Source: Steroidobacteraceae bacterium (GTDB taxonomy: Bacteria > Pseudomonadota > Gammaproteobacteria > Steroidobacterales > Steroidobacteraceae). Taken from it: a stretch of DNA of 60,396 bases. The stretch covers positions 1 through 60,396 of the forward strand of contig DASSJN010000039.1 of NCBI GenBank assembly GCA_035691185.1. The letters are read 5' to 3'. This document shows, in pieces, positions 10,378-19,401 of the stretch (positions are counted from its first letter, which is position 1; each line of letters opens with the position of its first letter). The notes under the pieces were generated by a model. That model worked only from the letters and a program-made list of their open reading frames with translations. It was not told the DNA's origin and searched no databases. Position numbers and translations under genes: made by a program.

Positions 10378-11037
10378 ATGGGTGCGTACACGCACGTCCG
10401 CTTCCTCACGAGCGTCAACAAGCTCGTCCAGCTTCCGCCCGATACGGGCGCGGAGGTTGCAATCGCGGGCCGCTCGAATGCGGGCAAGTCCAGCGCCATC
10501 AACGCCATCACGCAGCGCAAGGGGCTCGCTCGCACCAGCAAGAGCCCCGGCGCGACGCGCCTGCTCAACTTCTTCGAGCTCGAGTCGCAGCGGCGCCTGG
10601 TCGACCTGCCGGGGTACGGCTTCGCCAAGGTGTCGGGCGACATGCGGGCGCACTGGGGCGCGCTGCTGCAGGGATATTTTGCGAAACGCGAATCGCTGCG
10701 CGGCACGGTCGTCGTGATGGACGTGCGTCATCCGCTCACCGAGCACGACTGGAGCATGCTCGAACTCGCGTCGACACGAGGGCTCCCGGTGCACGTGCTG
10801 CTTACGAAAGCGGACAAGCTCGGACGCGGGGCGGCCGCGAATGCCCTGCAGGCCGTACGTCGGCAATTGCCACGGGACGCCGAGGTCACGGCCCAGCTTT
10901 TTTCCGCGCACGCAGGTACCGGCGTGCCCGAAGCGCGCGCTGCGTTGGAGAAACTGCTGGACGGACGTCGGATAAAAGAAACCCCGGCGGGACCAGCGGA
11001 TCCGGCCGGGGCAAATAAACCCGGTATTGGGGGATGA
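10378..11037 (+). CDS. engB: Ribosome biogenesis GTP-binding protein YihA/EngB
   Basis: G1 motif GRSNAGKSS, then LARTSKSPGATR, DLPGYGF and LLTKADK (G4). Divergent from cytochrome c4, as in Pseudomonas. Confidence 0.9.
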   Translation: MGAYTHVRFLTSVNKLVQLPPDTGAEVAIAGRSNAGKSSAINAITQRKGLARTSKSPGATRLLNFFELESQRRLVDLPGYGFAKVSGDMRAHWGALLQGYFAKRESLRGTVVVMDVRHPLTEHDWSMLELASTRGLPVHVLLTKADKLGRGAAANALQAVRRQLPRDAEVTAQLFSAHAGTGVPEARAALEKLLDGRRIKETPAGPADPAGANKPGIGG

Positions 11038-11110
11038 CCGGGCACACGTCGCGCCCAGGGAGGTAGGCCGACGCGGAGCGTCGTGGACGCTCGAAAAGTT
11101 AGAGCAGAGG

Positions 11111-11137
11111 CCCCCGCGAAAGTTCCCACCGCGGGGG
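11111..11137. terminator. GC hairpin downstream of engB
   Basis: CCCCCGCG-(11 nt)-CGCGGGGG. Confidence 0.35.
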
Positions 11138-11170
11138 CGTCACGCCGACCCTGTTGCCCGGACCGTTCCG

Positions 11171-11191
11171 AGCCCTTTCAGGTCAAGGGCT
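11171..11191 (-). terminator. Hairpin directly after the stop of the OMP gene at 11196
   Basis: AGCCCTT-TCAGGTC-AAGGGCT, 4 nt from the TAA stop. Confidence 0.35.
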
Positions 11192-11195
11192 TAGG

Positions 11196-11750
11196 TTACA
11201 GGAACGTCCAGGTCACCCCGAGCGAGATCATGTCCACCGTGTCGGCGTCCGAGATGTCGAAGCGCTCGTACTCGCCACGCAGGCTCAGGCTCCAGACCCG
11301 GAACTGCGCACCGATCCCGTACGCCAGGTCCGTGCCGTCGTCGCTCGCATCCAAACCGAAGTCGGGCGCGGTCACATCCGCTTCCCAGTCGATCACGCCG
11401 ACCCGGGCGAACAGGTCGACCGGGCCGACCGGCAGGAAACCCACCGCCGACAGGGAGATGCCGCTGACGTCCGTCTCGATCTTGGTGCCCGCTACGCGGT
11501 CGTCACCCGAGCCCAGGTCGACGTAGTTCGCCTCCACGGCAAGCCAGTCGACGAATCGCCAGCCGAGGATGGCCTTGAAGCCCGTGCTGTCGACGTCGTA
11601 GTCGACGTCCTGGCCTTCGATCGTGTCCTCGAAGCTGACGCCGCTCTGCCCGACGCTGGCGCCGAGGTAGATGCCGTTGTCCGCCGCGAAGGCGGGGCCC
11701 GTGACCAGACCCAGGGCCGCCAAGGCGGCCAATGTCGGAACCTTGCGCAT
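11196..11750 (-). CDS. Small outer-membrane beta-barrel protein (OmpA-like TM / OMP_b-brl family), paralog 1
   Basis: Signal peptide ...GPAFA, alternating amphipathic beta strands, and a C-terminal ...GVTWTF aromatic terminus. Confidence 0.75.
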   Translation of the reverse strand: MRKVPTLAALAALGLVTGPAFAADNGIYLGASVGQSGVSFEDTIEGQDVDYDVDSTGFKAILGWRFVDWLAVEANYVDLGSGDDRVAGTKIETDVSGISLSAVGFLPVGPVDLFARVGVIDWEADVTAPDFGLDASDDGTDLAYGIGAQFRVWSLSLRGEYERFDISDADTVDMISLGVTWTFL

Positions 11751-11773
11751 GGAAGGACTCCTTTTTCGCGAGG

Positions 11774-12376
11774 TCAGTTGCCGAACTGCCAGCGGAAGCC
11801 GATGCCGAGGGTGTCGGCGTCGTCGGCGAATTCGCCTTCGACCCCGAGCGCGATGGCGTCGCTGATGAACCAGCGCGCCGCAACGCCGAGCGAGGTGTCG
11901 TCGCCAGAGTCGGAGAGGTCGACGTAGTTGATCGCCCCCTCGAGCTCGAGCATGTCGACTGGCCGCGCACGGATGCCGACGCCGAGCTCGTAGCCGTCGT
12001 CGTCCACGTCGGCGTCGCCGAAGCCGAAATTCTCCACGTCCACTTCGGCCTTGGTGTAGCCCAGCTTGCCGTAGAGGTCCATGTTCTCCGCGAACGACCA
12101 GGCATAGCCGCCGCCGACGGCGTATTGCTGGAAGTCGAAATCGACACCGCGGAACGTCACGCTTTCATCGAGATAGCGCGCATAGAGGAACCAGTTGTCG
12201 GCGATCTCGAGCGAGCCGCGCAGCAGGAAGCCGTCCAGGTCCTTGTCGAGGCCGTCGATGTCCGTCTCGACGTAGGCGAGGTCGGCGTAGGTATAGCCAA
12301 TGCCTTCCGCGTGGGCGGCGAGCAGCGGGCAAGAGGCGAGCGTGGCGGCAACGAGGCCGAGCATGGGTTTCCGCAT
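11774..12376 (-). CDS. Small outer-membrane beta-barrel protein, paralog 2
   Basis: Signal peptide ...LLAAHA, beta-strand periodicity, and C-terminal GIGFRWQF. Confidence 0.75.
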   Translation of the reverse strand: MRKPMLGLVAATLASCPLLAAHAEGIGYTYADLAYVETDIDGLDKDLDGFLLRGSLEIADNWFLYARYLDESVTFRGVDFDFQQYAVGGGYAWSFAENMDLYGKLGYTKAEVDVENFGFGDADVDDDGYELGVGIRARPVDMLELEGAINYVDLSDSGDDTSLGVAARWFISDAIALGVEGEFADDADTLGIGFRWQFGN

Positions 12377-12506
12377 TCAAGAACTCCTTGTGTGACAGAC
12401 AATTGCGACCAATCGAGCCATGGGGGGCGCTCTGGTCCGCAGCGCTTGGAACGGGTGGGAGGCGCCGAAGTTCAGGGTTGACGGCGGCGCTTTCAAAAAA
12501 TGACGA

Positions 12507-12524
12507 GCCCGCCACAAGGCGGGC
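12507..12524 (-). terminator. Rho-independent terminator of OMP paralog 3
   Basis: On the minus strand, GCCCGCC-TTGT-GGCGGGC is followed by TCGTCATTTTTTGAAA. Confidence 0.6.
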
Positions 12525-12546
12525 CCGTCCCGGTTGACTGAAAGGT

Positions 12547-13062
12547 TCAGAACTTCCAGACGAGGCTGGCCGAAATCATGTCGACCGTGTCGGTGTCTTC
12601 GACCTCGAAGCCCTGGTACTCGACCGTCATGCCGAGGGTCTCGGTGAAGTCGAAGCCTGCGCCGACGCCCCAGGAGAAATCCTCGCCGTCGTCGCTGCCC
12701 GTGAGTCCGCCACCGAAGTCGAAGTCGGCGTCCCAGAACAGCATGCCGAGCTTGGCGTAGACGCTGAACTGTTCGCCGACCGGGTAGGCGCCGCGCAACG
12801 AGGCGTTGAAACCGCTCATGTCGATCTCGACGCCGCGGTCTTCGGCCGTGCCGCCATCGATGTACTCGAGTTCTGCGCCGATGTACGGATTGAACATCCA
12901 GCCGCCGAGCACCTTGAACCCGACGTCGTCGCCGCCGAAGCCGCCGACGTCGACGCCGAAACTGCCGACGCCCGCGCCCAGGTAAAAGCCGCCGTCATCG
13001 GCCGCCATGGCCGGGGTTGCCAGGCAAAGACCGGCAACCGCTGCGAAGATGATTTTCTTCAT
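12547..13062 (-). CDS. Small outer-membrane beta-barrel protein, paralog 3
   Basis: MKKIIFAAVAGLCLATPAMA signal peptide and C-terminal ISASLVWKF. The ATG at 13062 lies inside the longer track ORF. Confidence 0.8.
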   Translation of the reverse strand: MKKIIFAAVAGLCLATPAMAADDGGFYLGAGVGSFGVDVGGFGGDDVGFKVLGGWMFNPYIGAELEYIDGGTAEDRGVEIDMSGFNASLRGAYPVGEQFSVYAKLGMLFWDADFDFGGGLTGSDDGEDFSWGVGAGFDFTETLGMTVEYQGFEVEDTDTVDMISASLVWKF

Positions 13063-13301
13063 GTTCCACTCCTGAAAACGGGGGCGACCAGCGGGATTGA
13101 GTCGGCTCCAGCCGCGGTCACGCCTTCCCGATGGCAAAAATACTACAGGTCGGAGTCCAGCAAACCCAGAGGGGAAATGCATAGACTGCGAACGCGGTAG
13201 CATTCTAGCAACATAGACTTGAAATCGCTCGAGTTCTTGCTGCATTGCAGCGAGCGAATGGACCGACGCGATGGCATGAGCACCCCGCGCTGGCCGGTCC
13301 G

Positions 13302-16139
13302 TCAGTGTGCCTCGTCCCAGTTGCGACCGATTCCCACCTCGACTTTGAGCGGCACGTTGAGCTGGGCGGCCGTCGTCATGTGGCCGCGCAGGTGGGCCAC
13401 GACGTCCGGGGCGCGGTCCTCGGCCACTTCCAGTACCAGCTCGTCATGCACCTGCATGAGCAGCCGGGCGTGCGGAATGCCGGCGAGCCAGCGGTGCACT
13501 TCGATCATGGCGCGCTTGATGATGTCCGCCGCCGTGCCCTGCATGGGCGCGTTGATCGCGCTTCGCTCGGCATAGGAACGCAAGGCCTGGTTGCGCGACC
13601 GGATCTCGGGCAGGTACAGCCGACGCCCGAAGACCGTCTCGACGAACCCCTGTTCGCGGGCCATCTGCCGGGTTTCGTCCATGTAGCGCCTGACACCCGG
13701 GTAGCGCTTGAAGTACAGCTCGACGTACTGCTGCGCCGCCCCGCGCTCGATGCCGAGCTGCCGGGCGAGCCCGAAGGCGGACATGCCGTAGATGAGGCCG
13801 AAATTGATCGCCTTGGCGGCGCGGCGCTGGTCGGCCGTCACTCGCTCGAGCGAGCCGACGCCGAAGACCTCGGCAGCCGTCGCCTGGTGGATGTCGCGGT
13901 CCGACGCAAAGGCCTCCAGGAGCCCGGCGTCGCCGGAGAGGTGGGCCATGATCCGCAGCTCGATCTGCGAATAATCCGCGGCAATCAGCACGTGTCCGGA
14001 CGGCGCCAGGAACGCCTGGCGGATCCGCCGGCCTTCGGGCGTGCGGATCGGGATGTTCTGCAGGTTCGGGTCCGTCGACGACAGTCGGCCGGTCGCAGCG
14101 ACGGCCTGGTGGTACGAAGTGTGGACGCGGCCGGTACGCGGATTGATCTGCTCCGGCAGCCGGTCCGTGTAGGTCGAGCGCAGCTTGGCGAGCCCGCGGT
14201 AATCCATGATCACCCGCGGCAGTTCGAACTCCTCGGCCAGTTCCTCCAGCACGTCCTCGGCCGTCGATGGATCGCCGGACGGCGTCTTGCGCTTGACGGG
14301 CAGCCCGAGTTCGCCGAACAGGACTTCACGCAACTGCTTGGGCGATTCGACGTTGAACGGATGGCCCGCGATCTCGTGCGCGCGTTTTTCCAGCTCGACC
14401 AGTCCCCTCGACAGCTCCTGGCTCTGGCGCTTGAGCATCTGGGCATCGACCAGTACGCCGCAGTGCTCCATGTCGAGCAGCACCGGCACGAGCGGTTGCT
14501 CGATCTCCGTGTACAGGCGCACGAGACCCGGCGTGCGCTCGAGTCGTGGCCAGAGCGCACGGTGCAGCCGCAGCGCGACGTCGGCATCCTCGGCGGAATA
14601 CTCCGCGGCGCCCTCCACCGGCACGTCGTTGAACGCGAGTTGGCGCGTTCCCTTGCCGACCAGGTCCTCGTAATGGATCGTCTGGACGCCGAGATAGAGT
14701 CGCGCCGTCGAATCGAGGTCGTGACGGGTCGCGACGCTGTTGAGCACGTACGACTCGAGCATCGCGTCGAAACGCATGCCGCGCAGCTCGATGCCGTGGT
14801 TGCGCAGCACGTGTGCGTCGTACTTGAGGTGATGGCCGACCTTGGCACGAACGGGGTCCTCGAGCAGCGGTGTGAGCAGCCGCAGCACTTCCGCGCGGTT
14901 CAGCTGCTCGGGCGCACCGGGGTAGGTGTGCGCGAGCGGGACGTACGCCGCGTGCCCCACCTCGACGGCGAACGAGACCCCGACGATCTCCGCCTGCATG
15001 TAATCGAGCGAACTGGTCTCGGTGTCGAACGAGACCAGCTCGGCGTTGCGCAACACCTCGAGCCAGCGGTTGAAATGGTCCGGCGCCAGGACGATCTCGT
15101 AGTTGCGCCCCGGCGCCCACCCCGCTGAGGTCGGCGCGACCGCTCCGGGCACGTCTGCCGCGCCGGCAGGAGAGGCCGGCGGAAAGCCGGGTGAGGGGTG
15201 TCCCTCCCGAGGGAACTCACCGCGCGAAAGGTCAACCCCGATACCCTCACCCGGACTCCGTCCGACCGCGGCCGTCTCCGTGGGAGAGGTGTCGAGGCCC
15301 TTGAGCAGGGAACGCAGCTCGAGCCGCATGTAGAGCTCGCGCAGTCGGGCGGTGTCGGGCGGGCGGCGTTGCAGATCCTGCGGGCCGATCGGCAGCTCGC
15401 AGTCGCAGCGGATCCTCGCCAGCTGGCGTGAAAGCGCGAGGTCCGCCTGCGAGACGCGCAGGCTCTCGCCGACCTTGCCTTCGATCTCGTGCTGGTGCGC
15501 GAGCAGGTTGTCGAGCGTGACGTAGTGGTCCAGCCACCTGGCCGCCGTCTTGGGCCCGACCTTCGGCACGCCCGGGATGTTGTCGGAGCTGTCGCCGACG
15601 AGCGCGAGGTAGTCGACGATCTGCTCCGGGTAGACGTCGAACTTGATCTTCACGCCTGCCCGGTCGAGCGACGAGTTCGTCATCGTGTTGACCAGCGTGA
15701 TGCGCGCCGTGACGAGCTGCGCCATGTCCTTGTCGCCGGTCGAGATCAGCACGCGCTGGCCGCCCGCGGCTGCGCGCTGCGCGAGCGTGCCGATCACGTC
15801 GTCGGCTTCGACGCCCGGGATACGCAGCAGCGGCAGCCCGAGCGCCTCCACCGCCGCGATCAGGGGCTCGATCTGCGCACGCAGGTCGTCGGGCATCGCC
15901 GGGCGGTGGGCCTTGTACTCGGCGAACAGGTCGTCGCGGAACGTCTTGCCGGGCGCATCGAACACCACCGCGACGTGCTGGGGGTTCTGCTCGCGCAGCA
16001 TGCGATGGAGCATGTTGAGCACGCCGAGCACGGCACCCGTGGGTTCGCCCCGCGAGTTCGTCAGGGGCGGCAGGGCGTGGAAGGCCCGGTACAGGTACGA
16101 CGAGCCGTCGACGAGGACGAGCGTGTCCTGTTCAACCAC
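13302..16139 (-). CDS. polA: DNA polymerase I
   Basis: 945 aa. 5'-nuclease N-terminus LVLVDGSSYLYRAF, a 3'-5' exonuclease domain (SFDTETSSLD), and polymerase motifs DYSQIELR, RRAAKAINFGLIYG and QVHDELV. GTG start. Confidence 0.95.
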   Translation of the reverse strand: MVEQDTLVLVDGSSYLYRAFHALPPLTNSRGEPTGAVLGVLNMLHRMLREQNPQHVAVVFDAPGKTFRDDLFAEYKAHRPAMPDDLRAQIEPLIAAVEALGLPLLRIPGVEADDVIGTLAQRAAAGGQRVLISTGDKDMAQLVTARITLVNTMTNSSLDRAGVKIKFDVYPEQIVDYLALVGDSSDNIPGVPKVGPKTAARWLDHYVTLDNLLAHQHEIEGKVGESLRVSQADLALSRQLARIRCDCELPIGPQDLQRRPPDTARLRELYMRLELRSLLKGLDTSPTETAAVGRSPGEGIGVDLSRGEFPREGHPSPGFPPASPAGAADVPGAVAPTSAGWAPGRNYEIVLAPDHFNRWLEVLRNAELVSFDTETSSLDYMQAEIVGVSFAVEVGHAAYVPLAHTYPGAPEQLNRAEVLRLLTPLLEDPVRAKVGHHLKYDAHVLRNHGIELRGMRFDAMLESYVLNSVATRHDLDSTARLYLGVQTIHYEDLVGKGTRQLAFNDVPVEGAAEYSAEDADVALRLHRALWPRLERTPGLVRLYTEIEQPLVPVLLDMEHCGVLVDAQMLKRQSQELSRGLVELEKRAHEIAGHPFNVESPKQLREVLFGELGLPVKRKTPSGDPSTAEDVLEELAEEFELPRVIMDYRGLAKLRSTYTDRLPEQINPRTGRVHTSYHQAVAATGRLSSTDPNLQNIPIRTPEGRRIRQAFLAPSGHVLIAADYSQIELRIMAHLSGDAGLLEAFASDRDIHQATAAEVFGVGSLERVTADQRRAAKAINFGLIYGMSAFGLARQLGIERGAAQQYVELYFKRYPGVRRYMDETRQMAREQGFVETVFGRRLYLPEIRSRNQALRSYAERSAINAPMQGTAADIIKRAMIEVHRWLAGIPHARLLMQVHDELVLEVAEDRAPDVVAHLRGHMTTAAQLNVPLKVEVGIGRNWDEAH

Positions 16140-16425
16140 CGCGTGCGGACCCCGGGTTACCGCCGGGCAGTGGCGGTGGCGGCAGGCGATCGTCCGTCGG
16201 CGCCCTGGTGGTCGACGGCTCAGCGGGTTTTGTCGGCTCCTCAGGCGCCGGTGTGGGCTCCGCCGGCGCAGCCGTACCCGTCCCGGCCGGGGGCTGTTGC
16301 GGTCCGCGGATCACGACGTTGGTGGATTTCTCCGGCATCTCGAGCGCACCCTTGAGTCCGCAGCCAGTCACGCCGGCCGCCAGCACGCCGAGAGCCGCGA
16401 GGCTCCAGGCCGCCCGGCAGCTCAT
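16132..16425 (-). CDS. LptM (YifL)-like small lipoprotein
   Basis: 97 aa. Signal peptide plus lipobox followed by GCGLKGALEMP, which matches the E. coli YifL/LptM signature GCGLKGPLY. Pro/Thr-rich tail. Its ATG overlaps the thioesterase stop (ATGA) and its stop overlaps the polA GTG. Confidence 0.6.
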   Translation of the reverse strand: MSCRAAWSLAALGVLAAGVTGCGLKGALEMPEKSTNVVIRGPQQPPAGTGTAAPAEPTPAPEEPTKPAEPSTTRAPTDDRLPPPPLPGGNPGSARGG

Positions 16426-16898
16426 GCGCCCTTCCTCAGGGTCTCGATCAGGTGGTCGGCGCCACTGCCCGGCGCTTCGATCACGGACATCGTCAGGCGC
16501 GATACACAGGTGAGCCGCCCGGCCGCGTCTTCGATCCGGATGTCCCAGACGTGGGAACGGCTCCCCAGGTGGATTGGGCGGGCCGTGCCGGTCACGTGAC
16601 CAGACCTGGCCGAGCGCACGTGGTTCGCGTTGATCTCCTGGCCGACGCAATAGAACTTCGTCGTGTCGACACAGAAGTTCGCGGCCATGCTGCCGAGCGT
16701 TTCGGCGAGTGTGACGCTGGCGCCGCCGTGCAGCAGGCCGAACGGCTGGCGGGTTCGCTCGTCGACGGGCAGGGTCCCGCGCAGGTAGTCGGAGCCGATT
16801 TCGGTCAGGGCGATGCCGAGATGATGGGCCAGGTCGCCACCGCCGCCGAACGTGCGCTGGGCGTCCTCCAGCGTGAGGGGTCGAAACCAGATGCTCAT
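16422..16898 (-). CDS. PaaI/YbdB-type hotdog-fold thioesterase
   Basis: 158 aa. LLHGGASVTLAETLGS...GQEINANHVRS...WDIRI is typical of PaaI-family thioesterases. The ATG at 16898 lies inside track ORF 16422..16991. Confidence 0.75.
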   Translation of the reverse strand: MSIWFRPLTLEDAQRTFGGGGDLAHHLGIALTEIGSDYLRGTLPVDERTRQPFGLLHGGASVTLAETLGSMAANFCVDTTKFYCVGQEINANHVRSARSGHVTGTARPIHLGSRSHVWDIRIEDAAGRLTCVSRLTMSVIEAPGSGADHLIETLRKGA

Positions 16899-17017
16899 GT
16901 GGGCCTCGCGAGAAGGCCGGCATTGTAAAGGCGGAAAATTCGGAGTGTCCCTATTTTCGCGCGCAGTGCAGAATTGAATGTTGCAGAGCACAAAACCGAC
17001 GGATGCCGGAGAGGACC

Positions 17018-18805
17018 ATGGCTGACTATCGCGCCCCGCTGCAGCAGATGCGCTTCACGATCGAGCATCTGTCCGATTTCGATGACGTGGCGGCGCTGCA
17101 GGCGTTTTCGGGCGTGGATGTGGACGTGGTCGAGGCAATCCTCGAGGAAGCCGGCAAGTTCGCCGCGTCGGTGCTCGCACCGACCAACGTGCTCGCCGAC
17201 AGGCAGGGCGTCAAGGTGGTCGATCGGGGCGTGCAGGTCCCCGACGAAATCAAGGCGGCTTACCACATGTTTCGCGAGGGCGGCTGGCCCGGCATCGCCG
17301 CGACCCCGGACTTCGGCGGCCAGGGCCTGCCCAAGACGCTCTCGATCGCGTGCGACGAGATGTGGGCGGCAGCAAACGTCTCCTTCGCGCTGTGTCCCGA
17401 ACTGTCGCAGGGCGCCATCCTGGCGCTCGACCGTCACGGATCGGACGAATTGAAGCAGCGTTACCTCGGCAAACTCGTCGCCGGCGAGTGGACCGGCACG
17501 ATGTGCCTGACCGAGCCGCAGGCCGGCTCGGACCTTTCCTCGCTGACGACCAGGGCCGAGCCACAGCCTGACGGCAGCTTTCTGCTGACCGGGCGCAAGA
17601 TCTTCATCACCTGGGGCGATCACGGCATGACGGACAACGTCCTTCACCTCGTGCTCGCGCGTCAGCCCGGCGCGCCGCAGGGCACGAAAGGCATCTCGCT
17701 GTTTCTGGTGCCGAAATACAAAGTGAACCCCGACGGGTCGATCGGCGACCGCAACGACGTCTACGCCGTCTCGGTCGAGCACAAACTGGGCATTCACGGC
17801 AGCCCGACCTGCGTGATGGCCTTCGGCGACGGCGGCGGCGCACAGGGTTTCCTCGTCGGCACCGAGAACGAAGGTCTCGCCGCGATGTTCACGATGATGA
17901 ACTACATGCGGCTCGGCGTCGGTGCGCAGGGCGTCGGCCTCGCGGACCGGGCATACCAGGCCGCCGCGCAGTACGCGCGCGAGCGCGTGCAGGGTCGCGC
18001 GGCGGGTGAAAAAGGCCGCGTCGCGATCATCCGCCACCCGGACGTCCGGCGCACGCTGCTGCTGATGCGCTCCCTGACGCAGGCCGCGCGCTCGATCTGC
18101 TACTACACCGCCTCGTGCCTCGATCGCGGCAACCACGGCGATACGCCGGAGACCTCTGCCGCCTGGCTCGCCCGCGGCGACCTGATGACGCCGATCGCAA
18201 AGGCCTTCGGATCCGAGGTCGGCCAGCAGGTCACCGAACTCGGCATCCAGGTCCACGGCGGCATGGGATACGTCGAGGAGACCGGCGTCGCGCAGTATTA
18301 CCGCGACGTACGCATCGCCTCGATCTACGAGGGCACGAACGCGATCCAGGCGATCGACCTCGTCGGCCGCAAGCTGCTGCGCGATGGCGGCACGACCGTC
18401 TCGGCGTTCGTCTCGGAGATGCGTGCGCAGGATGCGCCGCTCGCGAACGCAGGCGAGGAGATGGCGAGCGTGCGGTTGTGGCTTGCGAAGGGCCTCGACG
18501 AGATCGTGCAGTGCTCGACGCACCTGCTCACGGGCGAGCGTAAGGATCCCGAACTCCTGGGGGCCGCGGCCTTCAACTACCTGATGCTGGTCGGCACCGT
18601 CATCGGCGGCTGGCAATTTGCGCGCGGTGCGCTCGCGGCGGTCCGGAAGCTCGAGACGGAGTCGGCGGACGCAGTCTTTCTCAGGACGCAGGTGATCCTC
18701 GCGAAGTTCTATGCCGAGCACGTCATGCCGCGTGCGCTCACGTACGGGACGGCCGTGCGCGCGAGCACGAGCACGCTGATGGCGCTCACCGCCGACCAGT
18801 TCTGA
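17018..18805 (+). CDS. Long-form acyl-CoA dehydrogenase (about 595 aa, FadE-like)
   Basis: ACAD N-terminal, middle and C-terminal signatures (CLTEPQAGSD, GIHGSPT, QVHGGMGYVEE, IYEGTNAIQAIDLVGRK) plus a C-terminal extension. GGAGAGG lies upstream of the ATG at 17018. Confidence 0.85.
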   Translation: MADYRAPLQQMRFTIEHLSDFDDVAALQAFSGVDVDVVEAILEEAGKFAASVLAPTNVLADRQGVKVVDRGVQVPDEIKAAYHMFREGGWPGIAATPDFGGQGLPKTLSIACDEMWAAANVSFALCPELSQGAILALDRHGSDELKQRYLGKLVAGEWTGTMCLTEPQAGSDLSSLTTRAEPQPDGSFLLTGRKIFITWGDHGMTDNVLHLVLARQPGAPQGTKGISLFLVPKYKVNPDGSIGDRNDVYAVSVEHKLGIHGSPTCVMAFGDGGGAQGFLVGTENEGLAAMFTMMNYMRLGVGAQGVGLADRAYQAAAQYARERVQGRAAGEKGRVAIIRHPDVRRTLLLMRSLTQAARSICYYTASCLDRGNHGDTPETSAAWLARGDLMTPIAKAFGSEVGQQVTELGIQVHGGMGYVEETGVAQYYRDVRIASIYEGTNAIQAIDLVGRKLLRDGGTTVSAFVSEMRAQDAPLANAGEEMASVRLWLAKGLDEIVQCSTHLLTGERKDPELLGAAAFNYLMLVGTVIGGWQFARGALAAVRKLETESADAVFLRTQVILAKFYAEHVMPRALTYGTAVRASTSTLMALTADQF

Positions 18806-18822
18806 GCGGACGCGCAGCGGAC

Positions 18823-19398
18823 TTGGACGTCCTGGCACAGTGGGGGCCGCTCGAGCGTGTCGAGCGGCATGCGCCGCCCGCCCTGCGGAGCTGGCTCGCC
18901 GAGCCCGGGCTGCTGACGGCGCGCATCCGGGCGTTGTGCGGAGACGCGATGCGGTTCCGCATGCTGGGCCCGTTGCGCAGCGCACGGCTGTCCGATGAGC
19001 TGCAGGCGCGGCTCGCGGTCTACGACGCGCGCTGCCTGCTGCGCGAGATCGAGTTCTGCTGCGAAGGCGAGCGCGTCCTGTACGCGCAGACGGTGCTGCC
19101 GGAGCCGACGCTGCAGCGTTATCCGTGGCTGCGCGAGCTCGGCGATTCACCCCTCGGCGAGTCGCTGCGGCAGGCCACCGAGCCGCTCGAGCGCGAGCCG
19201 CTGGAGTACGCCGCATTGCCGCCCGACAGCGCGCTCGCGATTGCCGCGAGCGACGCGACACCGGACGCGCAGCAGGCCACGCTCTGGGCCCGGCGCGCCG
19301 TGTACCGCCTGGGCGGCCGGCCCATACTGGTTCAGGAAGTCTTTCTGCCGGCGTTGCTGCGCGCGCAGGACGAGGCCGGCGAAGATCGATCGAGGTGA
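18823..19398 (+). CDS. ubiC: Chorismate--pyruvate lyase
   Basis: WLAEPGLLTARIRALCG...LREIEFCCEGERVLYAQTVLP...LGESL fits the UbiC family. Inferred TTG start. Confidence 0.65.
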   Translation: MDVLAQWGPLERVERHAPPALRSWLAEPGLLTARIRALCGDAMRFRMLGPLRSARLSDELQARLAVYDARCLLREIEFCCEGERVLYAQTVLPEPTLQRYPWLRELGDSPLGESLRQATEPLEREPLEYAALPPDSALAIAASDATPDAQQATLWARRAVYRLGGRPILVQEVFLPALLRAQDEAGEDRSR

Positions 19399-19401
19399 CT
19401 C

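Noticed and set aside
16132-16139. Apparent 1-nt disagreements between my hand-counted positions and the ORF track, seen near 16133, 34946 and 46562, which could suggest indels or frameshifts.
   Set aside because: The translated track ORFs are continuous and family-consistent across these sites. The discrepancy is most likely my own counting error in long GC runs, so I adopted track coordinates and flag hand-placed sites as +/-2 nt.
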